This document shows, in pieces, positions 12,663 to 24,087 of a stretch of 64,000 nucleotides of DNA (position 1 is the stretch's first letter; each line of letters begins with the position of its first letter). The DNA lies in the NCBI RefSeq assembly GCF_001194135.2, contig NC_068991.1, positions 53,124,570 to 53,188,569 on the forward strand, written 5' to 3'. This stretch comes from Octopus bimaculoides. Taxonomy: Eukaryota. The notes beneath the pieces were generated by a model that was given only the letters and a program-made list of their open reading frames with translations, searched no databases and was not told the origin of the DNA. The position numbers were made by a program, and so were the translations under genes.

Positions 12663-13199
12663 AAATAACACTCCCGACCATTTGGATACCTTCTTATCAG
12701 AAGCGGAGCATCTGACCGCCGACCAGGAGTGTTTTTCTCACTCCTCTCAAACTTCAAGTAATGTCAGTCAGTTCCGTATCTAGCAGTTTATAAATATTAT
12801 ATATAGAGACAGCTAAATATTATATATAGACACAGCTAAATAGCGCGCTCTCTCTCTCTCTCTGCGTATATATGTATGTAAGTATGCGTAAACATTTATA
12901 TATGGACATTTAGTTAAACAGCTACTAACACACACTTGTGTATGTATATGTGCCTGCCAGTGAGAGAGGTGATATAAAGTTGCGTAGAGTGGAGTGGCAA
13001 CCAAATAACTAACAATCTCCCCCATGTCATTGCCGACGCCCCAGAATGACCCGTAGTATGAATCGCAAAAAAAACAAAATCCTACAACAAAATACGAATA
13101 TAAAGGCTGTGGATGAATAAAGACAGTTAGATTACTAATTGGAAATCATCAAAAGGATGCTAAAAAAACACATGAATGAATGAATGATGGTCTTCATAC

Positions 13200-13251
13200 C
13201 TTCAAGCAACCGTTGAATCAGACTATCGACATTAAACTCATTATCCGCCAT
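13200..13251 (-). CDS. PPP1CB: PP1 catalytic subunit beta-type, coding exon 1 (MADNEFNVDSLIQRLLE + G), 52 nt
   Basis: Minus strand reads aaaATGGCGGATAATGAG...CTTGAAG|gtatga. The peptide matches the PP1beta N-terminus (MADGELNVDSLITRLLE) and the phase-1 donor joins exon 2 in frame (G|TT = Val). Confidence 0.93.
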
Positions 13252-13450
13252 TTTAGAACTGTCCGATAAGCCGTCCGCGCTTGCGTACTACGACATATAC
13301 TACTACTAGTACGATTATTATTGCTACTACTATTACTGATGTTCTGTAAGACTATAATTTAAACAGTAGCGACTATTTTGAACAGTGCTACGACACCAAG
13401 AGGGTAACTATTACAAGTAGTCATTCCAGCCATCGTGGAAGTCACTATTG
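13252..13450 (-). promoter_or_regulatory. Probable 5' UTR / proximal promoter of the PP1 gene
   Basis: Unique sequence directly upstream of the ATG that retains CpG (gtccgataagccgtccgcgcttgcgtactacgac) against a CpG-poor background. The TSS cannot be placed from sequence. Confidence 0.45.
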
Positions 13451-13685
13451 CTAAAATTAATAGTTAAATTTCCTCTAAGTTAAACCTTACCGACTTAAAA
13501 AGGAAAGCACGATTCTGATAACGTTATCTTTAAAATTAATGAGAATGGTGACGGCTAAAATGACGTAGATCATAAGTCTACTTCAAGGCCCAACCTGAAA
13601 TTAGTAAACGCTAATAGTCATTTCTTCATAAGGTCCCAGTGAAGCTAGCGATCGAGCTCCTGTTTTATTACTATGAAACCAGGAT

Positions 13686-13731
<46 letters not shown>

Positions 13732-13768
13732 GCACATATAAGTATGTATGCATATATATATGTAGGTA

Positions 13769-13811
<43 letters not shown>

Positions 13812-14260
13812 NNNNNNNNNNNNNNNNNNNNNNNNNNNNNNNNNNNNNNNNNNNNNNNNNNNNNNNNNNNNNNNNNNNNNNNNNNNNNNNNNNNNNNNNN
13901 NNNNNNNNNNNNNNNNNNNNNNNNNNNNNNNNNNNNNNNNNNNNNNNNNNNNNNNNNNNNNNNNNNNNNNNNNNNNNNNNNNNNNNNNNNNNNNNNNNNN
14001 NNNNNNNNNNNNNNNNNNNNNNNNNNNNNNNNNNNNNNNNNNNNNNNNNNNNNNNNNNNNNNNNNNNNNNNNNNNNNNNNNNNNNNNNNNNNNNNNNNNN
14101 NNNNNNNNNNNNNNNNNNNNNNNNNNNNNNNNNNNNNNNNNNNNNNNNNNNNNNNNNNNNNNNNNNNNNNNNNNNNNNNNNNNNNNNNNNNNNNNNNNNN
14201 NNNNNNNNNNNNNNNNNNNNNNNNNNNNNNNNNNNNNNNNNNNNNNNNNNNNNNNNNNNN
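13812..14260. other. Assembly gap; other gaps at 12462-12623, 17459-17567, 37765-37774 and 53999-54098
   Basis: N runs, each bordered on at least one side by (TA)n. Confidence 0.98.
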
Positions 14261-14296
<36 letters not shown>

Positions 14297-14895
14297 CACA
14301 CACACACTCACACACACGTATATTTATATATAACGTATAATCTATACGAAGAACTACTATGAACTTTCGCTTTCCTGTGTTTTTCCTGTTTATCTACTTC
14401 ATAGAATTGATACTCATTTTTGTATAACTAATTTATGAAGTCTAAATACTTTGATGTCACTAACAACCGCCTGTCCACACACACACACACACACACACAC
14501 ACAAATATTCACAGTGTGAATGGAAGTGTCAGTGAGTAAAAATCAACAAGAAAATCGTCACTTGGTCTTTCGATCTGCTAGCAATAGCAGTCAAATCTAC
14601 TGTCTTAAAAAACTGATACACAAGACAATTTAGTACTAAATGCAGTGTCTTAAAAGCAGATAGGCTGGTTGTAGTTGAAATATATATGCCTGTTCGATTC
14701 GAGCTAACTTGGTTTAAACAGTAACAAGGGATAAGATTTAACGTAAGCTAAAGCCTATGATAGCTAAATTGATGTTATCATAATTAAATCGAGAGTGGAG
14801 ACTAATACAATTTTTAAATAGTATAAGTAGGTAGTAAAGGAATAGTAATAGTATCAATGACTAACATTATTTTAAGGATTTCAATAAATACGGGA

Positions 14896-14948
14896 GACAA
14901 CCCCGGACATGTTTCGATGTTATAATGATCTCGTCAGCAAAACAGACG
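14896..14948 (-). ncRNA. Minimal type I hammerhead-like motif with a canonical core, probably from a PLE terminal repeat
   Basis: Minus strand: CTGACGA-GAT-cattataac-ATC-GAAA-CATGT-C. Helix III is palindromic (ACATGT) and the cleavage triplet is GUC, but helix I is weak. Confidence 0.5.
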
Positions 14949-15019
14949 TCACTGCATTTTCTGAAATAAACGAGAAAGAATCAGTAATAAATATAACACT
15001 ATGTTATACCTACATATGT

Positions 15020-15233
15020 ATTGTCCCCTCAAGTAGGACGGTCCTCGTTTACGACAGAGGAACAACAGCCACCAGGTGCATTAATGTCCCCTTCTTTGGA
15101 CTTTCTTTGTTTCCGACGAAGAGCTCTGCTCGAAACGTCATATTCTTTTTCTTTCCTTCCCGAGCGTCTAGTAACACAATCTGTATCACGTCCTCACGTT
15201 GTTGTTGTTTTTTTGTCTTTTTCCTTTTTTGAA

Positions 15234-15238
<5 letters not shown>
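15020..15238 (+). mobile_element. PLE-like 3' terminal fragment with a hammerhead variant, ending at (TA)n
   Basis: CCGACGA-A-GAGC-tct-GCTC-GAAACGTC at 15113-15139, followed by a T-rich tail that runs into (TA)n. Confidence 0.55.
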
Positions 15239-15279
<41 letters not shown>

Positions 15280-15429
15280 AGGGTGTGCATTTACATATGT
15301 GCTCGCGCACACACAATCTGTATATCATATTTAAGCAGATATATTGTTGAAAGCCTGCTAAACTTTATTATTGCTCTTGAGAAGGTATCTCTTATACATG
15401 TATAATGTTAGAAAAAAAACCCAGAAATA

Positions 15430-15800
15430 TATCAGCACAAACAAAACTCTGTTAGCAGCAGTGGTGGAATTGTTAAATATGTATTTCTGCTTTGAGTTTC
15501 GTCTCTAGCAAGTATCCATTGGCTTTGCATACTGAGTGAAAATTGGCTACTATTGATGTAGTTAAGCAGTGATTGAAAAACCACTGGTGTCACAATTATA
15601 TGGCAGGTGGAATGCAAATTTGTAATTAGTGACAAAATCAGTATGAGTTCAAACAGTATATTTTGTTGTTTTTGACATATATTTCGCCATTTACAAAGAT
15701 GATGCCCTAGCTTTAACCACAAATACCAATGGACCAGCACAAGATCGGTTTAGGAAGGACATTATTCAAATGATGAAAACTTTCAGTCTTAGCAAACTAC
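15430..15800 (+). mobile_element. Penelope-like reverse transcriptase relic
   Basis: 15686-15793 reads AIYKDDALALTTNTNGPAQDRFRKDIIQMMKTFSLS, matching the PLE RT GLYRDDGL...GP..DRIRKxII..FK segment. Confidence 0.7.
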
Positions 15801-17283
15801 AGATACCAACCTGTTGCCAGTCCAATAATAAAGAAAAGGAAACATAGGAATAGGAAAATTATCTGGTTCACATCCACTTACTCCACTGAAATGACCTTTA
15901 ATATAGGTAAATATTTCTTATCACTTATAGATAGACATTTTTGAACCAGTCATAATTACAGAAAGCTCTTCAATAAACATAACTTAAAAATCAGTTTTAA
16001 TTCAACTACTAATTTTAAAAATATAATTGCACACAACACACAAAAACAACAAAACGAAAGCAGCTGGTCATGCAAGGATAAAAATTTGTGCCCACTAAAT
16101 GGAGCTTGCATGTCCGAGACCATCATTTATGAAGCCACCGTAGACTCTACAACCACTAAGAGTAGAGAAGGAAGTGTTGTCTTCTAGTCAGTTAGGCGAA
16201 AGCTGGATGAAAGTGGCAAGAAACGTGTGAGTGAACATATGCCTGCAGTTGGAGAAAAGGAAAGAAAAAAAGGCTCCTACCTCAGTCACAGTACCCATGG
16301 TTTTTTTATTGGGTTTTTCCATGAGTAGCCCTCAAACGTCTCCTCCCTATAGAGGAATACACACACACACACACGCATTCTTTGTTTTGTCTTGTACTGT
16401 CCTTAATGTTTTTCTGAATGTAAACTCTTTGTGGTTAGTAAAAAAATTATTATTATTATTATTTTTTTTTTGTTTTTTTTTTGACAAAATGCTTAATGGT
16501 GTTTTGTTCATCTTTACATTCTGAGTTCAAACTCCACTGTTGTCAACTTTCATCCTTTTTAGTGGGAAGGGCAGGGAGTCAATAAAATAAAACACTGGAG
16601 TTGACATAGTCTAAAATTAGAAAAAAATTATTAAGGTGAATAACAGGAATATTTTTGAGAAGCAGACAAAATGGTAAGCAGTATTTCGTTACATAATGAA
16701 GAGCTGGAGGTAAATTCACTGGATGAATTATAAACAATCATGTTATGGAAGTGTAGCTCACTGCCACATTGCATCATGCTTATGTTACTCAGTTTTATGC
16801 CCATAGAATCAACATAACAAATCCATTATAAATCACATGATCATGTTTTCAACTGGACTATTGGATGCTGTTATGCATCACTGGTCACAGTGCACTTATT
16901 TGCATCGTTTTATCTTATGAATGATGCCCCCTCCCACACACTGGTTAGGCAAGCAAGTCCTGATCAGAAGGCTAGTCCATCACAGGATTACTCATTTACA
17001 GCTGAGTGGACTGGAGCAACGTGAAATGAAGTGTTTTGCTCAAGAACACAAGGGTTTGAATGTTCCGGGAATTGAACCCATGACCTAATGATTGTAAGTG
17101 CAAAACCCTAACCACTAGGTCACATGTCTTCACTTATTATAAATACTGACCATATATGTCATTTGTTTTATTCTTTTATGTGTTTCAGCCTAAAGGTTTT
17201 GGCTGTGCTGTAACCATCATTAACTTTTTTCCACAAACACTCCCGTTATGATCTTCAGGAGGATTCTGAAGTTGCAGGGCACC

Positions 17284-17367
<84 letters not shown>

Positions 17368-17567
17368 AACTTCATACATTATTTTTAGAATGTTTAACAA
17401 TAGATTCACACTTTTGGACACTAGCCATGAAACAACTTGCCAATGGGCAACATGTAGTNNNNNNNNNNNNNNNNNNNNNNNNNNNNNNNNNNNNNNNNNN
17501 NNNNNNNNNNNNNNNNNNNNNNNNNNNNNNNNNNNNNNNNNNNNNNNNNNNNNNNNNNNNNNNNNNN

Positions 17568-17608
<41 letters not shown>

Positions 17609-18382
17609 TACATACACACATACACATAAAACGTGTGTGTATATATTATGCATATAACTGTAAGTATATTTCTATATGTATATAAATATATACATATATA
17701 AATATATAAGCAGACACACACATACACTCATACATATATATACATTTCTGAACTCTATTGTGAGCTAAGAACTTCCAGACATTTACAAATAATGTTTAGA
17801 ACTTTAGACTCAGTTCTTGTTATTCTCTTTAGTTATAAAGTCTGATCAAACATTGTAGAGTAAATGTTATTTTGCTGAGTTCTCCCCCTCTCTCTCTCTC
17901 TCTCTCTCTCTGCTAATTAACATAAACTAGTAAATGTGATATTGGTTTAATAATTATTATCTTATTTGCTCAACTCTATAATCATGAACCATAATGCTAA
18001 AAATGTAGGGCTCGGTGCCAATGTCAAAAATCATTATAATTATCAAGGTTTATGACTGGCAAAAACAGTGAATGTTAGTCAAGTACTGGTATTGGTGGTA
18101 TTAACTAGACATCTGCTCTAGAATTGGTAGAGCATCAAGAAAATATTTCTTGTGCTATATTTCAACTCTTTACATTTCTGAGTTCAAATCCTACCAAAAT
18201 CAACTCCATAGCTCCAGAATCAATGAAATAAAGTACCAGTCAAGTACAAAAGTTCATGGCTATTGGCTTAATTTTAGACATAAAACGACAACAAAACAAA
18301 GCTGTGTGAGAAGGGCAAGAAAGACCTACAAATGGTTTCTTTTGTTGAAGCTTCATTTTAGCAAAGTTGTCAATTCAGCGTA

Positions 18383-19145
18383 GTTGTGTGTTAAGAAGCT
18401 TGCTTCCCCACCACATGGTTCTGGGTACAGTCCCACTGTGTCACACCTTGGGCAAATGTCTTCAACTATAGCCCCAGGCTGGACAAAGCCTTGTGAGTGG
18501 ATTTGTTAGACAGAAACTGAAAGTAGCCCATTGCAGGTATGCATACATATCTATGTGTGTGTGTGAATGTTTCTCCCCCATCACTGCTTGATAACTGGTG
18601 TTAGTGTGTTTTAGTGGAGGCTCAATGGCCCAGTGGTTAGGGTAGCGGACTCGTGGTTTCGATTCCCAGACCAGGCGTTGTGAGTGTGTATTGAGCGAAA
18701 ACACCTAAAGCTCCACGAGGCTCCGGCAGGGGATGGTGGCGAATCCTGCTGTACTGTTTCACCACAACTTTCTCTCACTCTTTCTTCCTGTTTCTGTTGT
18801 GCCTGTAATTCAAAGGGTCAGCCTTGTCACACTGTGTCATGCTGAATATACTCGAGAACTACGTTAAGGGTACACGTGTCTGTAGAGTGTTCAGCCACTT
18901 GCACGTTAATTTCACGAGCAGGCTGTTCCGTTGATCGGATCAACTGGAACCCTCGACGTCGTAAGCGATGGAGTGCCTACAACAGTGTGTTTGCATCCTT
19001 GTAACTTAGCAGTTCAGCAAAAGAGGCCAATAAAATAAGTACCAGGCTTTATAAAGTATGGGAGGCAATTCAGTTGACTAAAAATTCAAGGTGGTGCCCC
19101 AGCATGGCCACAGTCTAATGACTGGAACAAGCAAAAGTTAAAAGA
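18383..19145 (+). mobile_element. SINE family A, interrupted by a family C insertion
   Basis: Family A head and tail lie on either side of 18614-18983. Confidence 0.85.
18614..18983 (+). mobile_element. tRNA-derived SINE family C with a 9-bp TSD (agtgtgttt)
   Basis: A box tggcccagtgg and B box ggtttcgattccc; TSD copies at 18603-18611 and 18984-18992. Confidence 0.88.
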
Positions 19146-19249
19146 TACATTACATTTTAATAACTCACCTCATTAGCCAAATCTCCTTTAATGGCAAGCA
19201 AATCTAACTCAGACAATCAACCCTTGCCTATTGTAGAACAAAGGTGGGA

Positions 19250-19600
19250 CTTGAAGCGTCACAGGTGATTGAAGACAGTAAGGTCTGCATTAAGTATTAG
19301 TGAGGTCAAAAAACAGAATGTGGCACAATGTGAACAAGTTAGAAATAATGGATCACATCCCATTAATGATGGATGAATTTAAATGGAAGAGGAAAATCCA
19401 GGAAGACATGGGATGAAGTGTTGAAGATGGTAATCTTCTATAAAATGGCTAATGTTAGGAAGGGCATCCAACCAGAGAAACCATGCCAGAAATGATGATG
19501 ATGATGATGATGACGATGATGATGATGATGATGATGACAATGATGATGATGATGATGATTATTATGATGATGATGATGATGAAGGTGGTGGTGATGATGA
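19250..19600 (+). mobile_element. RTE-type LINE 3' end with a (GAT)n tail
   Basis: ggaagacatgggatgaagtg (KTWDEV) and aggaagggcatcc...aaaccatgcc, followed by a long (GAT)n run. Confidence 0.7.
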
Positions 19601-19964
19601 CAACCAGTTTCTTAACTTTTGAAGTTGCCCTTATGAAAGTGCTGACTATTTCTTTGTAATGAATGAAACTCTCGCGTAGTTCCAGATATCAAGGCATATA
19701 CTTGATATCATTGGGGATGATATATCAAGTAATAGGATTCGATCATGGATTTCTTTTTAGTGTCAAATATTCCTTTATCTTCTGAAACTTCATCATGGAA
19801 TCTTTTGTTTTTACATTCTCTCTGCTTATGTTTTCTGTATTATCACATTCTTGAGCCAACTCAGTCACTTCATTTTCAATTCGTTTGAATTGAAACCTAC
19901 TCATTTTGCATATTTTTCATATCTTTTCCAAAAAAACGGAATCAAACAAGAAGCTGCTTTCACA

Positions 19965-20327
19965 TACTCTCTTTACTCTCTTTTACTTGTTTCAGTCATT
20001 TGACTGTGGCCATGCTGGAGCACCGCCTTTAGTCGAGCAAATCGACCCCTGGACTTATTCTTTGTAAGCCTAGTACTTATTCTATCGGTCTCTTTTGCTG
20101 AACCGCTAAATGATGGGGACATAAGCACACCAGCATCGGTTGTCAAGCAATGCTAGGGGGACAAACACAGACACACACACACAGACACACACACGCACAC
20201 ACACACACACACACACATATACATATATACGATGGGCTTCTTTCAGTTTCCGTCTACCAAATCCACTCACAAGGCTTTGGTCGGCCCGAGGCTATAGTAG
20301 AAGACACTTGCCCAAGATGCCATGCAT
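19965..20327 (-). mobile_element. SINE family A, 5'-truncated
   Basis: High similarity to the other family A copies. Confidence 0.88.
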
Positions 20328-20624
20328 CTAGGTTACTTTTCTGTAAAAATGGAGATAAATTGAAAGCCTTCATTAGCAGTTTATTCCAGAATATAAGAAT
20401 AACTAAGAATTCATTAGTACTGTTTTCAGTTGATACTTTTACTCTAATGAGCTGCTTAAAAGTATCATTCTCTATCTCATCACCCCAAATTCTTTTTAGA
20501 ACTACAATAGCTTTTGTTGCTGACTTTCTGGATATCCAACTAATATCACTAAGATTCTTTAGAGTCAGTATAAAAGATTTGATCTGATTGCATTGTTCTT
20601 TTTTCAATATGAAAGATGAGGTAA

Positions 20625-20815
20625 GGCGGTGAGCTGGGAAAAATGCTTAATGGCATTTTCTCCATCTTTACATTCTGAGTCTAAATTCTACCAAGGTCAA
20701 TTTTGCCTTTCATCCTTTGAGGGTCGATAAAATAAGTACCAGTTAAGCACTGGGGTTGATGTAATCGACTTGCCTCCTCCCTTGAAATTGATGACCTTGT
20801 GCTAAAATTTGAAAT
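20625..20815 (+). mobile_element. tRNA-derived SINE family B with a 20-bp TSD
   Basis: ggcggtgagctgg...gcctttcatcctttgagggtcgataaaataagtaccag; TSD caatat(g/a)aaagatgaggtaa at 20605-20624 and 20816-20835. Confidence 0.85.
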
Positions 20816-20909
20816 CAATATAAAAGATGAGGTAAACTGGTAAAAAAACATGTGTAGACACTTTCTAAAGTTTCAAAAAACAACTTGATATGAATACGAG
20901 TGGATATTT

Positions 20910-21260
20910 AATACTCTTTTACTCTTTTATTTGTTTCAGTCATTTGACTGTGGCCATGCTGGAGCACCGCCTTTAGTCGAGCAAATCAACCCCAGGACTT
21001 ATTCTTTGTAAGCCTACTACTTATTCTATCGGTCTCTTAAACACACCACCATCGGTTGTCAGGCGATGTTGGGGGACAAACACAGACACACACATATATA
21101 TATACATATATATGGGCTTCTTTCAGTTTCCGTCTACCAAATCCACTCACAAGGCTTTGGCCGGCACTTGCCCAAGGTACCACACAGTGGGACTGAACCC
21201 GGAACCATGTGGTTTGTTAGCAAGCTACTTACCACACAGCCACTCCTACACCTATACGCC
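20910..21260 (-). mobile_element. SINE family A
   Basis: Head and tail present, with internal deletions. Confidence 0.88.
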
Positions 21261-22497
21261 TACATAAAATTTTAAAATAGCAGTTAGTAAAGAAAGCATT
21301 TAAAGCAACTTCCCTAATTTTTGTTTTGGGGCCAGATATTTCACCCAACATGGTGTATCTGCCATCATAAGGCTGACAAACTGTTACACACAGTTATTAA
21401 CAGCTCTGCATTTTTAATTTCTGGAACAAGAATGTTGAATAAAATTTTTCAGCCTTTGCTCCAGTTAATCTGCTGAATTGTAGAAAAAAGTCATTTCACT
21501 GTATCACTGTGTGTTGTCACATTGCAGAGATAAAAAAACATTGATCAGTTCTGCTGATGTCAATAGTACAGTAACAATTAATGCAAAATACTTAACCAAC
21601 TTGATTTCAACTCTTATCTTCTGGGAGTGACCAGAATGTTCTGGGCATTGTTTTGTCTATACCATCTTGGTTTTGGTCAGAAAGTCAGTACCATATGATC
21701 AAAGTGGAACTCATAGATACCATCCTGTCAGAGATAATTATAAGTTCCATTCTGGCCACTGAGTGCTTTTTCTTTAATAAACTATTTTGTTGCAAGATTG
21801 TTGGCAAACAATTTGGTAGGGTATTGGTCAACTAACCAGGTTGTTAATAGTTTATAAGCTATCACATTTAAAAACTAAAGGACACCTAACTCAGTCATGT
21901 CTTAGTCAAAGCAACCTAGCTACATGTAGTCAAATTAGTGACAATACAATATAATGTAACAAGCTGTCACTGTATTTACCAAAGCTCAGTGAGGTTTTCA
22001 AAAGGTCACATTGTATTTGGCTAATTTTTTCTTTCTGTGATTAGTAACAAATGTTTGGCATTCTTTTAGTGAATGATGGACAAAAAGAAAGATGGAAACA
22101 CACAACTAATTATATATACTAGATATTTTATTGACTTTGAAGGTATAAATGATTAAGTTGACCTTCTAGTTGTATTTGAGATCAAAATCATTAGACATTA
22201 GACAGTAACTTTCTTATACTCCAAATTAAATGTCACTATTTCTGTATCCTCTTCCACCAATCTCTCACTTTTGATAATCATCTTTGTTAGATAATAATAA
22301 TTAATTCATTCATTATTGAATAACAATTAATATAATTATCAGGAATCTTAATATATTTTTAGAAAATTTATGTTGTATTTCATTTTTGTATTTGGTTTGC
22401 AAGATTTTTTATGTAAATTCATGCATTGAAATAGGTTTTGTCGTTTATATCCGCTTAAATGTGGATTTTCTGTTAGAACAAACTTTGCTATAGTAGT

Positions 22498-22600
22498 TAC
22501 CACGAGAGAAACTCTCATATTGGCTTTTGGTGCAAAATGCACTCTTGACACAAGAGTGCATTTTGCACCAAAAGCCAATATGAGAGTTTCTCTCATGGTA
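22498..22600. repeat. Near-perfect palindrome: 50-bp arms, 3-nt loop, 1 mismatch
   Basis: taccacgagagaaactctc...cactcttg-aca-caagagtg...gagagtttctctcatggta. Confidence 0.92.
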
Positions 22601-22750
22601 TCTACAACAATACAGTTGGTACCACTAGAACATTTACATTTAAGTGGGGATAAATATTAACACTGCCTCTGTTGTTAATATATATGGGTTTTGTTGTACC
22701 TTGGGAGGGTCATTAGGTAAATAATGAACACAAGCACTGATTCTGTTTCA

Positions 22751-23023
22751 CTTCTTTTATTATTATTTGTCAATTAATCAACTATTTAATCAGTTAACTT
22801 ATTGATTGTTTAGTTGATCAATCAGCTAAGTTTGTCAAAATCCTTTCATCACTATTCACAACCTGAAGTAGAGCGGGCATGTCATTGATGAGGTCTCAAA
22901 TAGTGACGAAAAAACTTTGATAAACCAAGATGATTGATTGATTGAGTGAATGATTATTAAAACAACCAATTAGCTATTTTGTTAAATGGTTAACTAATTA
23001 ATTAGCAAAAATAATAAAAGAAA
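22751..23023. repeat. Old inverted pair with hammerhead-like relics near its centre
   Basis: 22751-22868 is a diverged reverse complement of 22885-23023; TTGATGA-G-GTC-tcaaatagt-GAC-GAAA at 22885-22911. Confidence 0.5.
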
Positions 23024-23069
23024 TGAAATTAAACCAGTGCGTGTGTTTATTGTTATGATAATGAAAAAT

Positions 23070-23285
23070 AGCTAGCTGGCAGAATTGTTACCACATTGGA
23101 CAAAATGCTGTTAAGCCTTTTGTCTATTTTTACGTTCTGAGTTCAAATGCCACTGGAATAGACTTTACCTGTCATCCTTTTGGGGACTGATAAAATAAGT
23201 ACCAGTTGAGTACTGGGGTCGATGTCATTGATTTATCCTCTCCCCCGAAACTGCGGGCCTTGTACCAAAATTTGAAACCATTATT
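23070..23285 (+). mobile_element. SINE family B
   Basis: gagctggcagaa-like head and ttttacgttctgagttcaaat...taagtaccagttgagtactggggtcgatg body. Confidence 0.8.
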
Positions 23286-23464
23286 ATGAAAATGTATTCC
23301 AAATGAACATGGATTAATCAGTTGCTAAAGAAACTGAAAGCATTTATTAGTAAATATTTAATTATTATAATGAACAAATTAATAAACCTTTATCGGTAAT
23401 CAAAGTAAGAATAGAAAACTGAATAAAAAGGTTGTGACATTGAGAAATGTCTAAAAATGTGAAA

Positions 23465-24087
23465 ATAGCTGTGTGGTACGAAGTTTGCTTCCTAACCACA
23501 TGGTTCCAGGTTCAGTCCTACTGTGTGGCACCTTGGGAAAGGGTTTTATACTATAGCCTTGGGCCAACCAAAGCCTTGTAAGTGGATTTGGTAGACAGAA
23601 ACTGTAAGAAGCCTTTCAAACGTTAGCACGATGGGTGAAATGCTTAGCAGTATTTCGTCTGCTGTTACGTTCTGAGTTCAAATTCCGCCGAGGCCGACTT
23701 TGCCTTTCATCCTTTCGGGGTCGATAAATTAAGTACCAGTTACGCACTGGGGTCGATGTAATCGACTTAATCCCTTTGCCTGTCCTTGTTTGTCCCCTCT
23801 ATGTTTAGCCCCTTGTGGGTAATAAAGAAATAGGAAACTGTAAGAAGCCTGTCATATGTATCAGTGTGTGTGTGTGTGTATCCCCTCACCACTGCTTGAC
23901 AACCAGTGCTGGTGTGTTTACGTTTCCATAACTTAGCAGTTCAGCAATAGAGACTAATAGTATAAATACCAGGCTTAAAAAAAAAAAATAAGTACTGGGT
24001 TGATTCATTTGACTAAAAATTCTTCAAGGTAGTGCCCCAGCATGGCCACAGTCTAGTGACTGAAACTAGAAAAAGATAAAGATAAAA
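23465..24087 (+). mobile_element. SINE family A, interrupted by a family B insertion
   Basis: Family A head at 23465 and tail near 24087. Confidence 0.85.
23615..23833 (+). mobile_element. 5'-truncated, well-preserved SINE family B with a 17-bp TSD
   Basis: TSD gaaactgtaagaagcct at 23598-23614 and 23834-23850; CpGs are retained. Confidence 0.9.
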
